From NCBI GenBank assembly GCA_963749075.1, contig CAVVLJ010000020.1, positions 736,001-800,000 on the forward strand: a stretch of 64,000 nt of DNA. Direction: 5' to 3'. The notes beneath the pieces are model-generated. The model had not been told where the DNA came from. It saw only the letters and a list, made by a program, of their open reading frames with translations, and did not search any database. This DNA comes from an uncultured Pseudomonadota bacterium (GTDB lineage Bacteria; Pseudomonadota; Alphaproteobacteria; JACZXZ01). The first letter of the stretch is position 1, and each line of letters begins with the position of its first letter. Below are positions 9,174-18,105 of the stretch, piece after piece. The position numbers and the translations under genes are program-made.

Positions 9174-10713
9174 GGACCGGCTCAAGGAGAAGATCAAGAC
9201 GATCGACGAGCTGTGCAAGGCGCTCGGCAAGCGCCCGCGCGCCAAGCGCGTGATCATGTGCCACGGCACTTTCGACATCGTCCATCCGGGCCACGTGCGC
9301 CACCTCATCTATGCCAAGAGCAAGGCCGACACCCTGGTCGTGAGCCTGACCGCCGACACCCACGTCTCCAAGGCCAATTTCCGTCCCTACGTGCCGCAGG
9401 AGCTGCGCGCGATGAACCTCGCGGCGCTCGAGATGGTCGATTACGTGATCATCGACAGCGAGGCGAAGCCGCTCAGGAACCTCGGCCTCATCCAGCCCGA
9501 CTATTTCGCCAAGGGCTACGAGTACGTGGCCGGCGGCATCGACCCGCGCACCAAGGAGGAGCTCGCCGTGCTCGAGGGCTACGGCGGCGAGTTCATCTAC
9601 ACGCCGGGCGACATCGTGTTCTCCTCCTCGGCGATCATCGAGAGCATGCCGCCCAATCTGGCGCTCGAGAAGCTGCTCTCCCTCCTCGATGCCGAGGGGC
9701 TCAAATTCTCCGATCTGCGCGCCGCCCTCACGCGCTTCGCCGGCATCCGCGTCCACGTCGTGGGCGACACCATCGTCGACAGCTATACCCAGACCACCCT
9801 CATCGGCGGCAATACCAAGACGCCGACCTTCAGCGTGCGCTTCGAGAGGCAGACCGACTACGTCGGCGGCGCCGGCGTGGTGGCCAAGCACCTCGCCGCC
9901 GCCGGCGCCCAGGTCACCTTCACCACGGTGCTCGGCGCCGACCCTCTCAGGGACTTCGTGCTCGACGACCTCGCCAAGGCCGGTATTGCGGTCAACGCGA
10001 TCGTCGATCCGACGCGGCCGACCACCAACAAGAACGCCTTCATCGCCGGCGGCTACCGGCTGCTCAAGGTCGACACCCTCGACAACCGCGCGATCTCGCA
10101 GCGCATCCTCGAGGAGTTCCGCGGCAGGATCGCGGCCGCCGCGGGCGATGCGGTGGTCTTCTGCGACTTCCGCCACGGCGTCTTCAACCGCCGCACCATC
10201 CCGCCCCTCGTCGAGAGCATCCCCGCAGGCGCCTACCGCGTCGCCGACAGCCAGGTGGCGAGCCGCTGGGGCAACATCCTCGACTTCCAGGGCTTCGACC
10301 TCATCACCCCGAACGAGCGCGAGGCGCGCTTCGCCCTCGGCGATCAGGACTCGGTCGTCCGCCCGCTCGGGCTAGAGCTCTACAAGCAGGCGGGATGCCG
10401 GACCCTCATCCTCAAGATGGGCGAGCGCGGCGTGATCACCTATCGCGCAGTGCCCAAGACGGACGAGGATTACCGCGCCTTCTTCGTGGTCGACAGCTTC
10501 GCGGGCAACGTCGTCGACGCCGTGGGCTCGGGAGACGCGCTCCTCGCCTACGCGACGCTGGCGATGATCAAGTCCGGCAACGAGGTCATCGCCTCGGTCC
10601 TGGGCTCGATGGCCGCGGCCATCGAGTGCGAGCACGACGGCAACGTTCCCGTCACGGCGGACGACGTGCGGCAGAAGCTCGACGGCGTAGAGAAGCGCGC
10701 GATCTTCGATTGA
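9166..10713 (+). CDS. bifunctional nucleotidyltransferase / PfkB sugar kinase (HldE-like, reversed domain order)
   Basis: N-terminal CHGTFDIVHPGH (HxGH) domain, then a C-terminal PfkB domain with VGGAGVVA, ITPNEREAR and DAVGSGD. Confidence 0.85.
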   Translation: MTEDRLKEKIKTIDELCKALGKRPRAKRVIMCHGTFDIVHPGHVRHLIYAKSKADTLVVSLTADTHVSKANFRPYVPQELRAMNLAALEMVDYVIIDSEAKPLRNLGLIQPDYFAKGYEYVAGGIDPRTKEELAVLEGYGGEFIYTPGDIVFSSSAIIESMPPNLALEKLLSLLDAEGLKFSDLRAALTRFAGIRVHVVGDTIVDSYTQTTLIGGNTKTPTFSVRFERQTDYVGGAGVVAKHLAAAGAQVTFTTVLGADPLRDFVLDDLAKAGIAVNAIVDPTRPTTNKNAFIAGGYRLLKVDTLDNRAISQRILEEFRGRIAAAAGDAVVFCDFRHGVFNRRTIPPLVESIPAGAYRVADSQVASRWGNILDFQGFDLITPNEREARFALGDQDSVVRPLGLELYKQAGCRTLILKMGERGVITYRAVPKTDEDYRAFFVVDSFAGNVVDAVGSGDALLAYATLAMIKSGNEVIASVLGSMAAAIECEHDGNVPVTADDVRQKLDGVEKRAIFD

Positions 10714-10731
10714 CCGCGGAAGAGGGGCCGC

Positions 10732-11664
10732 ATGCGCGTCATCGTCGTCGGGTTGGGCGTGCAGGGCGAGAAGCGCCGCCGCTTCGCGGGCGCCGATTTC
10801 GCCGCCGCGGTCGATCCGGTCAACCGCGAGGCGCGCTACCGCGACTTGGCCGACGTGCCGCTCGGCGATTTCGACGCGGCACTCCTCTCTGTCCCCGATG
10901 AGCCCAAGCTCGAGCTCTTGAGCTATCTTCTCGGCAACGGCAAGCATTGCCTCGTCGAGAAGCCGCTCTTCGCGGCGGAGGACGCTGAGATCGCCCGGCT
11001 CGAGGCGCTGGCGCGGGCCAAGGGGGCCGTCTGCTACACCGCCTACAACCACCGCTTCGAGCCGCATTTCGTGCGCATGCGCGAGCTCATCGCCTCGGGC
11101 GAGCTCGGTTCGATCTACCGCTGCCGCATGTTCTACGGCAACGGCACCGCGCGCCTCGTGCGCGAGTCGCGCTGGCGCGACCAGGGTGCGGGCGTGCTGC
11201 CCGATCTCGGCTCGCATCTTCTCGACACGGCGCGCTTCTGGTTCGGCGACATCGCGGACGACTTCCGCGTCGCCTCGGCGCACGCGTTCGAGAACCGGGC
11301 GCCCGATCACGTGGTGATCGATTCGGTCGGGCGGCGGCCGGCGCTCGAGCTCGAGATGACGCTCCTCATGTGGCGCAACCACTTCACCTGCGACATCCTC
11401 GCCGAGAAGGGGACGGCGCACATCCGCTCCCTCTGCAAATGGGGACCCGCGCGCTTCGTGAGCCGCAGGCGCGTGCTGCCGAGCGGCCGGCCGCCCGAGG
11501 AGGCGGTGACGCTCGTCGAGGAGGATCCGACCTGGGCGATCGAGTACGCGCATTTCAGGACGCTCGTGGCGGAGGGGCGGGCGGCCGACCTGGCGAACGA
11601 TCTCTGGCTCAACCGCAGCTTGCGGCGGCTCGGCGCCGCGGCGCTCGAGGAGTGCGGGCGATGA
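10732..11664 (+). CDS. Gfo/Idh/MocA-family oxidoreductase
   Basis: VVGLGVQG, HCLVEKP, YNHRF and GVLPDLGSH motifs. Confidence 0.85.
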   Translation: MRVIVVGLGVQGEKRRRFAGADFAAAVDPVNREARYRDLADVPLGDFDAALLSVPDEPKLELLSYLLGNGKHCLVEKPLFAAEDAEIARLEALARAKGAVCYTAYNHRFEPHFVRMRELIASGELGSIYRCRMFYGNGTARLVRESRWRDQGAGVLPDLGSHLLDTARFWFGDIADDFRVASAHAFENRAPDHVVIDSVGRRPALELEMTLLMWRNHFTCDILAEKGTAHIRSLCKWGPARFVSRRRVLPSGRPPEEAVTLVEEDPTWAIEYAHFRTLVAEGRAADLANDLWLNRSLRRLGAAALEECGR

Positions 11665-12941
11665 GCGCTGCCGCACCCGTCATTGGCTACGCCGGCATGA
11701 CCCATCTCGGCCTCAATTCCGCGGTGGCGGCGGCGGAGCGCGGCTTCGCCGTCGTCGCCTTCGATCCCGACGGCGGGCGCATCGCGGCGCTTCAGCGCGG
11801 CGAGCCTGCGGTGAGCGAGCCCGATTTGCCCGAGCTCATGGCGAAGAACAGGGAGCGCCTCGCTTTCACGGGCGATCTCGCGGCGCTCTCGCGCTGCGAC
11901 GTCGTCTATGTGGCACCCGACGTGGCGACCGACGATGCGGGTGCGAGCGATCTCGGCCCGCTCAGGGCGCTCATCGCCGCCGTCGAGCCGGCACTCAAGG
12001 AAGACGCCGCGATGGTGGTGCTGAGCCAGGTGCCGCCCGGCTTCACCCGCGGCCTCGCGCGCGCCGACGCCCGCACGTTCTATCAGGTGGAGACGCTGAT
12101 CTTCGGCCGTGCCATCGAGCGCGCACTCCATCCCGAGCGCTTCATCGTCGGCTGCGCCGAGCCGCTGCTGCCGCTGCCGCCAGCACTCGCGGCCTTCCTC
12201 GGCGCCTTCGGCTGCCCCGTCCTGCAGATGCGCTACGAGAGCGCCGAGCTTTCGAAGATCGCCATCAACTTCTTCCTCGTGGCCTCCATCAGCGCCGCCA
12301 ATACGCTCGCCGAGCTCGCCGAGCACATCGGCGCCGACTGGTCGGAGATCGTGCCGGCCCTGCGCCTCGACAAGCGCATCGGCCAGCATGCCTATCTCGC
12401 CCCCGGCCTCGGCATCGCCGGCGGCAACCTCGAGCGCGATCTCGCCACCTTCGTGCGCCTGGGAGCCGAGGCCGGCAGCGACGTGGGCGTAGTGCTCGCC
12501 TGGCAGGCCAACAGCCGGCACCGCCGCTTCTGGGCGCTGAGAAGGCTCCACGACACCGTGCTCGCGCGGCTGACCGATCCGCTCATCGGCGTGCTCGGCC
12601 TCGCCTACAAGGAGGACACCCACTCGACCAAGAACTCCCCGTCGCTGGCGCTGATCGCGGAGCTCAGGCCGTTCCGCCTGCGCGCCTACGATCCCGCCGT
12701 CAAGGTGGAGCCGGCCTGGCACCCCGCACTCGCCCAAGCGCGCGACGCCCTCGATGCCTGCCGCGGCGCCGACGCCGTCGCGATCATGACGCCGTGGCGG
12801 CCGTTCAAGGCGCTCTCGCCCGCGGCGATGGCCGAGGTCATGGCGGGGCGCGTCGTCATCGACCCCTATGGCGTGCTCGACGCCCGGGCCTCCGCTGCGG
12901 CAGGGCTCGAGCATCACCGCCTGGGTGCCGAGTGCCGCTGA
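11661..12941 (+). CDS. UDP-glucose/GDP-mannose dehydrogenase-family protein lacking the catalytic Cys
   Basis: Rossmann GYAGMTHLG, AELSKIAIN, DKRIG, GLGIAGGNLERD (GGSC expected) and LGLAYK. Confidence 0.8.
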   Translation: MSAAAPVIGYAGMTHLGLNSAVAAAERGFAVVAFDPDGGRIAALQRGEPAVSEPDLPELMAKNRERLAFTGDLAALSRCDVVYVAPDVATDDAGASDLGPLRALIAAVEPALKEDAAMVVLSQVPPGFTRGLARADARTFYQVETLIFGRAIERALHPERFIVGCAEPLLPLPPALAAFLGAFGCPVLQMRYESAELSKIAINFFLVASISAANTLAELAEHIGADWSEIVPALRLDKRIGQHAYLAPGLGIAGGNLERDLATFVRLGAEAGSDVGVVLAWQANSRHRRFWALRRLHDTVLARLTDPLIGVLGLAYKEDTHSTKNSPSLALIAELRPFRLRAYDPAVKVEPAWHPALAQARDALDACRGADAVAIMTPWRPFKALSPAAMAEVMAGRVVIDPYGVLDARASAAAGLEHHRLGAECR

Positions 12942-12946
12942 CCGCC

Positions 12947-13831
12947 ATGCTCGCGCACCGCAAGCCCCTGCCGAGCCCGCCCGCCCGCGTCGTTGTGCTC
13001 GGCGCCAGCGGCATCATCGGCCGCGCGCTGGCCGCGCGGCTCACGGCGGAGTCCATCCCCGTCCTGGCGCTGGGCTCGGCCGACGTCGACCTCCTCGGCG
13101 ACGGGGCCGAGGCGAGGCTCGCCGGCCTCTTGCGCGCCGAGGACGCGCTGGTGATGCTGGCGGCCCTCACGCCGGAGAAGGGGCGCGACATCGCGACGCT
13201 CATGAGGAACCTCGACATGGGCGAGGCCGTATGCGCGGCCCTCGGCCGCAGCGCTTGCGCGCAAGTGATCTATGTGAGCAGCGACGCCGTCTACCCGCCC
13301 GGCCCCGGCCTCGTCAGCGAGAGCACGCCGGCCGACCCGCCTGATCTCTACGGCGCCATGCACCGGACGCGCGAGGCGATGTTCGCCTCCGCCGTGGCGC
13401 GCGAGCGCCTCGCGATCGCGCGCGTCACCATGGTGCTGGCGGCGGGCGACACCCACGGCTCCTACGGCGCCAACCGCTTCCGCCGCCAGGCACGCGAGAC
13501 GGGCAGGATCGCCCTTGCGGGCAAGGGCGAGGAGACGCGCGACCAGATCTATTTGGGCGATCTGGTCGAGCTCATCCGCTTGATGCTCGTCCACCGCAGC
13601 CATGGCCTCGTCAATGCGGCGAGCGGCACCTCGCTCAGCTTTCTCGAGGTGGCGCGCCTGGTGGCGGCCCAGTTCGAGCCCAATGCGGAGATCGCCTTCA
13701 CGCCGCGCAGCGTCCCGGTCACCCATCGCCATTACGACATCACGGCGGTGCGCCGCGCCTTTCCCCGCTTCCGCTTCACCCCCCACGGCGAGGCCATCGC
13801 CCGGGTCCACCGCGAGGAGAGCGGGCGATGA
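12947..13831 (+). CDS. NAD-dependent epimerase/dehydratase (atypical extended SDR)
   Basis: VVLGASGIIG, YVSSDAVY and LYGAMH (YxxxH instead of YxxxK). Confidence 0.78.
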   Translation: MLAHRKPLPSPPARVVVLGASGIIGRALAARLTAESIPVLALGSADVDLLGDGAEARLAGLLRAEDALVMLAALTPEKGRDIATLMRNLDMGEAVCAALGRSACAQVIYVSSDAVYPPGPGLVSESTPADPPDLYGAMHRTREAMFASAVARERLAIARVTMVLAAGDTHGSYGANRFRRQARETGRIALAGKGEETRDQIYLGDLVELIRLMLVHRSHGLVNAASGTSLSFLEVARLVAAQFEPNAEIAFTPRSVPVTHRHYDITAVRRAFPRFRFTPHGEAIARVHREESGR

Positions 13832-14811
13832 GCGGCGGCCCGGCGCCGGCGATCGATCACGCCTTCGTCACCGGAGGTGCGGGCTTCATCGGCAGCCATC
13901 TGGTCGAGCGCCTCCTCGCACTCGGCTGCCGCGTCACGGCCTACGACAACTTCTCGACCGGCTTCGTCGAGTTCCTCGGCGAGGCGAGAAAGCACCCCCG
14001 CTTCACCTTCATCGAGGGCGATCTCCTCGACGCGGTGGCGCTTGCCCGGGCCATGGCGGGCTGCGACATCGTCTTCCATCTCGCCGCCAACGCGGACGTG
14101 CGCTACGGTATCGAGCATCCCATGAGGGACCTCGAGCAGAACACCATCGCCACCTTCAACGTGCTCGAGGCGATGCGCGCGAACGGTGCCACGCGCATCG
14201 CCTTCGCCTCGACAGGCTCGATCTACGGCGACGCTAAGGTGATCCCCACGCCCGAGGATGCGCCCTTTCCGGTGCAGACCTCGCTCTACGGCGCCTCCAA
14301 GCTCGCGGGCGAGGGGCTGATCGCCGCCTATTGCGAGGCCTTCGCCATGCAGAGCTGGATCTTCCGCTTCGTCTCGATCCTGGGCGAGCGCTACACCCAC
14401 GGGCACGTCTTCGACTTCTACAAGAGGCTCCTCGAGGATCCGAGCCGGCTCCACGTGCTCGGCAACGGCCGGCAGAAGAAATCCTATCTCTACGTCGAGG
14501 ACTGCCTCGCCGCCATCCTGACGGCGCTCGCCCGCGCCGAGGCCAGGGTCAACGTCTTCAACCTCGGCACCGAGGAGTACGTCGAGGTCAACGACTCGAT
14601 CGCGACGATCACGGCCCACCTCGGGCTCGCCCCGCGGCTCAGCTATGCCGGCGGCGAGCGCGGCTGGGTCGGCGACAATCCCTTCATCTTCCTCGAGACC
14701 AAGCGCATCAGGGCACTCGGCTGGACGCCGCGGCTCGACATCCGCCAGGGCATCGTGCGCACGCTCGAATGGCTCACGGCCAACCGCTGGATCTTCGAGC
14801 GCCGGACATGA
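13828..14811 (+). CDS. NAD-dependent epimerase (UDP-glucose 4-epimerase-like)
   Basis: FVTGGAGFIGSH, HLAANADV, STGSIYG, YGASK and GNGRQKKSY motifs. Confidence 0.88.
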   Translation: MSGGPAPAIDHAFVTGGAGFIGSHLVERLLALGCRVTAYDNFSTGFVEFLGEARKHPRFTFIEGDLLDAVALARAMAGCDIVFHLAANADVRYGIEHPMRDLEQNTIATFNVLEAMRANGATRIAFASTGSIYGDAKVIPTPEDAPFPVQTSLYGASKLAGEGLIAAYCEAFAMQSWIFRFVSILGERYTHGHVFDFYKRLLEDPSRLHVLGNGRQKKSYLYVEDCLAAILTALARAEARVNVFNLGTEEYVEVNDSIATITAHLGLAPRLSYAGGERGWVGDNPFIFLETKRIRALGWTPRLDIRQGIVRTLEWLTANRWIFERRT

Positions 14812-15686
14812 CGGAAACGCCGGCATTGAGCGGGCTGCGCTGCCTGGTGACCGGCGCCTACGGCACGCTCGGCAGCGCGATCGCGCACCGGTTGCGGCGG
14901 GAGGGGGCCCATCTCCTCCTCGTCGGACGTGCGGCCCCACGGCTCGCCACCCTCCGCGAGGCGCTCGCCGCCGAGCAGGCCCCTGGCGGCATCGAGACGC
15001 TGGCGCTCGACCTCGCCGCCAAGGAGGCGCCCGAGCGCGTGGCGGCCGCGGTCGGCGCGCTCGGCCGCCTCGACGCGCTCTTCAACAACGCGGCCATCCA
15101 GGGGCCGATCGGCCCGCTCTGGGAGAACGACTGGCAGGCCTGGGAGGAGACGGTCCGCGTCAACCTGCTCGTGCCGGTTGCCCTCGCGCGCGCCCTCGTC
15201 GAGCCCCTCGCCGCCGCGCGGCGCGGCAAGATCGTCAATATCTCGGGCGGGGGGGCAAGCGGCCCGCGCGCCAACTTCAGCGCCTATGCCGTCGCCAAGA
15301 CGGCACTGGTGCGCTTCACCGAGACCTTCGCGGAGGAGGTCCGCGCGTGCAACATCGAGGTGAACGCCATCGCACCAGGCACGCTCGCAAGCGCCATGAC
15401 CGAGGCCGTCCTCGCCGCCGGAGAGGCCCGGAGCGGCGAGCGGGAGATGGCCCTAGCACGGAAGGCCCAGAGCGGCGAGGCAGCGGCGGCACTCGAGAAG
15501 GCGGCGGGCCTCTGCGCCTGGCTCGCCTCGCCGGCGAGCGACGGCATCACGGGACGCCTCATCGCAGCACTCTGGGATCCCTGGGAGACGCTCGGCCGGC
15601 ATGCCGCCGAGCTCGCCGGCTCGGACATCTATACGCTCAGGCGAGTGCTGCCCAAGGACCGTGGCAAGGACTGGGACGCGGGATGA
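14808..15686 (+). CDS. classical SDR oxidoreductase
   Basis: LVTGAYGTLG, NNAAIQGPIG, NISGGG, YAVAK and VNAIAPG. ATGA coupling. Confidence 0.85.
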   Translation: MTETPALSGLRCLVTGAYGTLGSAIAHRLRREGAHLLLVGRAAPRLATLREALAAEQAPGGIETLALDLAAKEAPERVAAAVGALGRLDALFNNAAIQGPIGPLWENDWQAWEETVRVNLLVPVALARALVEPLAAARRGKIVNISGGGASGPRANFSAYAVAKTALVRFTETFAEEVRACNIEVNAIAPGTLASAMTEAVLAAGEARSGEREMALARKAQSGEAAAALEKAAGLCAWLASPASDGITGRLIAALWDPWETLGRHAAELAGSDIYTLRRVLPKDRGKDWDAG

Positions 15687-15777
15687 GCCGCCTGCCCCGG
15701 GGCTAGCCCCCTCGCCGGGGCCTGCTTCGCCGCGTCCGCCCGCAGGCCGCGCCGGCTCCCGGAATCCGAGTGTGGCA

Positions 15778-16443
15778 TCAGTAGCTGGAGAAGCTGGGTA
15801 TGAAGTTATGCACCTGCGAGGTGTAGAGCGCCTCGCGGCCCACATCCCCGCGCTCGTGCGCGCGATCGTTGGGATCGACGGCCAAGGCGTTCTTGACCGG
15901 CAGGTCCTTGCCCTCGATCCACACGGCAAGCGCATAACCCGTCCATTGGTCGGTGAAGCGGTAGAGCGGCATGCGGAGATTGCCGAGGATAGGGTTGGCC
16001 ACGAAGGCGCGGTCCCCGACGAACCCCCTGAACACGACGAAATGCAGGTAATCGCCCCTCTGAAGAAGGATGATGACGGGCCCGTTGAGCTCGGTCAGCT
16101 GCTGCAACGTCATCTTGAGGCCCTCGGCCGCGAACCCGAAGTGCTCCGCCGCGCGCTTCATGTCGAGCATGGAAAGGCCGTTCTTCTCCTTGTCCTTCCA
16201 CTCTTCCTTGCTGTAGGTCACGCGCATCGCGGTGGTGAACTCGCTCTCGCTGATCGGCTTCCCGTAATAATATTCGCTGACGGTCGAGAGGGCGGCCGAG
16301 CCGCAGGTGAAATCGGTGAGCTGCCGCGTCACATCGTGGAACTTGTTGTCGTGCCAGGTCTGGACCCGCCGGTCCAAGGGATCCGGGCCGGCGGCGCACC
16401 CGGCCAGCACGAGCATCGTCAGGGCGAGGAGCGGCCATCTCAT
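15778..16443 (-). CDS. stand-alone C39-family peptidase, lipoprotein (FapD-like)
   Basis: Lipobox MRWPLLALTMLVLAG-C, Q-x5-C motif RQLTDFTCGSAAL, GLSMLDMKRAAE..GF.AEG, catalytic His in HFVV, and ANPILGN. Confidence 0.85.
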   Translation of the reverse strand: MRWPLLALTMLVLAGCAAGPDPLDRRVQTWHDNKFHDVTRQLTDFTCGSAALSTVSEYYYGKPISESEFTTAMRVTYSKEEWKDKEKNGLSMLDMKRAAEHFGFAAEGLKMTLQQLTELNGPVIILLQRGDYLHFVVFRGFVGDRAFVANPILGNLRMPLYRFTDQWTGYALAVWIEGKDLPVKNALAVDPNDRAHERGDVGREALYTSQVHNFIPSFSSY

Positions 16444-16454
16444 GGTGCGCGCTC

Positions 16455-17922
16455 TCAGAACTTGTGAATGTAGTCGACGCCAAGGATGGCATCCTTGGCG
16501 TCCCGCGACGCCCCAATGATGATCCACGGCTCGATGAGGTTGCCCGGGTTGATTGCATGGGTATAGGCGAAACGCATGCTGATCGGCGTGGCAAGCGTCT
16601 GGGGTACTGTGACCCCGTTGAAGCTCCATTTCTCCTGGTAGTCGAGGATGGCCTGAAAGCTGAGCGTGTCCGTGTCGTTGACGGAGAAGCCGAGGCCGGT
16701 ATTGAGCTCCCAGATGTCTCCCGGCGAGACGTGCACGCCGTAATAGTTGGTCGGGATGAAGTGGCTGTAACTCACCGTGGTGAACAGCAGAACCGGGTCG
16801 TATGATTTGAGCGCCGTGACCGACCCCGTCATGATCCAGTGCCCCGTGCCGATCTGGGGGCTCAAGGGATTCTCTCGTATCGCCGCCCGAGACGGCCGAG
16901 TTCCCGCTGGGGGGCAAATAGGGTGGCCGGCCGGTCGGGGCTGAAATCTGCGCGCCTACGATCACGTTGGGCCTTTCGGCGCCTTCGTTGAGAGCGCTGT
17001 ATTTCGCACCGAAGCTCACATCTCCCGGACCGTTCAGCTCGATCGAGGATTGCGTCAGCCCTTGGATCTGCCGCTGCCCCCACACGTAAGGCGCGGTCAC
17101 GAACCCTTCGAGCCCGGTGACGATGCCGAAGCGCCCGGTGGCCGTCGCCATCACCACCTTATCGTTTCCGATACCCTGCGCCAGGCTCGTATGAAGATAG
17201 CTCAGCGAAATGTCGGACTCGATCTTCATCGGCTTCACCAGGACGGCCTCGTTGCGCAGGAATTCCAGGTGCTGGCGCAGCGTCTCCTCGGCCTGCTCCT
17301 TGGGCGAGGGGGTGTTGCCCGCCGTCCCGCCCTGATTCTGTGCCGAAGGATTGGAGCCGCTGTTCTGGCCCTGCGCCGGAGCATTGCCGGCGGTGCCCTG
17401 GTCCGGCTGCGCCTGGGTCGCCTTCTTCTTCGTCTGGTCCTGGTCCTGGTCCGATGCTCCCGGCCCGCCGCCGACGATGAGCGCCATCTCGCCGGCGGCG
17501 AGCTGCCGGCATTTGAACATGGCAATCGGGATCGTCACGTCGCCGAGAGCCCGGGTCGCGACGCGGACGGTGCCGTTCCTGATGGCGAGCTTCCCGGTGA
17601 CGCGATCGCCGCCGCTGCCGGGCGACACCGTCACCTCGCCGCTGCTCGAGGCCGCCGTCAGCTTGTCGAGGCCCACCACGATCGTGCGGCCCATATATTT
17701 GAACGCCAGTCCATGGCAGTCGACGCCCACAATCTCGCCGGTCAGGTGATCGCCGGCGACGGTGGTAAGCTCGCCCGGGGCGGCCTGCACGCGCGCTCCC
17801 GCGGAGGCCGCGTCGCTCCCGGCATGCGCGCCGAGCGGCATGCACAAGAGCAAGGCCGAGAGGGCAAGGGGGCGCGAGAAAGTGGTCAACGGACGATCAG
17901 GGGGGCGCGTCGGGTCAATCAC
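16455..17922 (-). CDS. FapF-like/transporter-family outer-membrane beta-barrel, split by an apparent +1 frameshift near 16856-16876
   Basis: Signal peptide, low-complexity linker, LRNEAVLVKP..IESDISLSY, GPGDVSFGAKY and SAPTGRPPY. Continues in the other frame as PQIGTGHW...KSYDPVLLF...PGD...GLGFSVN and ends in C-terminal F (YIHKF). Confidence 0.75.
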
Positions 17923-18105
17923 TGCCGCCGATTGTCACCCGACCCGCTCCGCAATCGAACCCGCGTCGCTCGGCAGCAAACGAGGACGCTGTAGAAGTCG
18001 GGCTCAGGGAAGGTTGACCGGGCTGGCTGCGACTCCCGTCCCCGCGGCGCTCTGCGAAGCAACCGCCGGGCGGAGCCGCAACCATCCCGTATCCTGCCGA
18101 CCGGC

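Noticed and set aside
15778-17922. 714-aa ORF that looks like a transporter-C39 peptidase fusion
   Set aside because: It is a chimera produced by the frameshift near 16860. The middle section is out-of-frame junk, the barrel continues in the 16455..16865 frame, and the C39 gene has its own lipoprotein signal at 16443.
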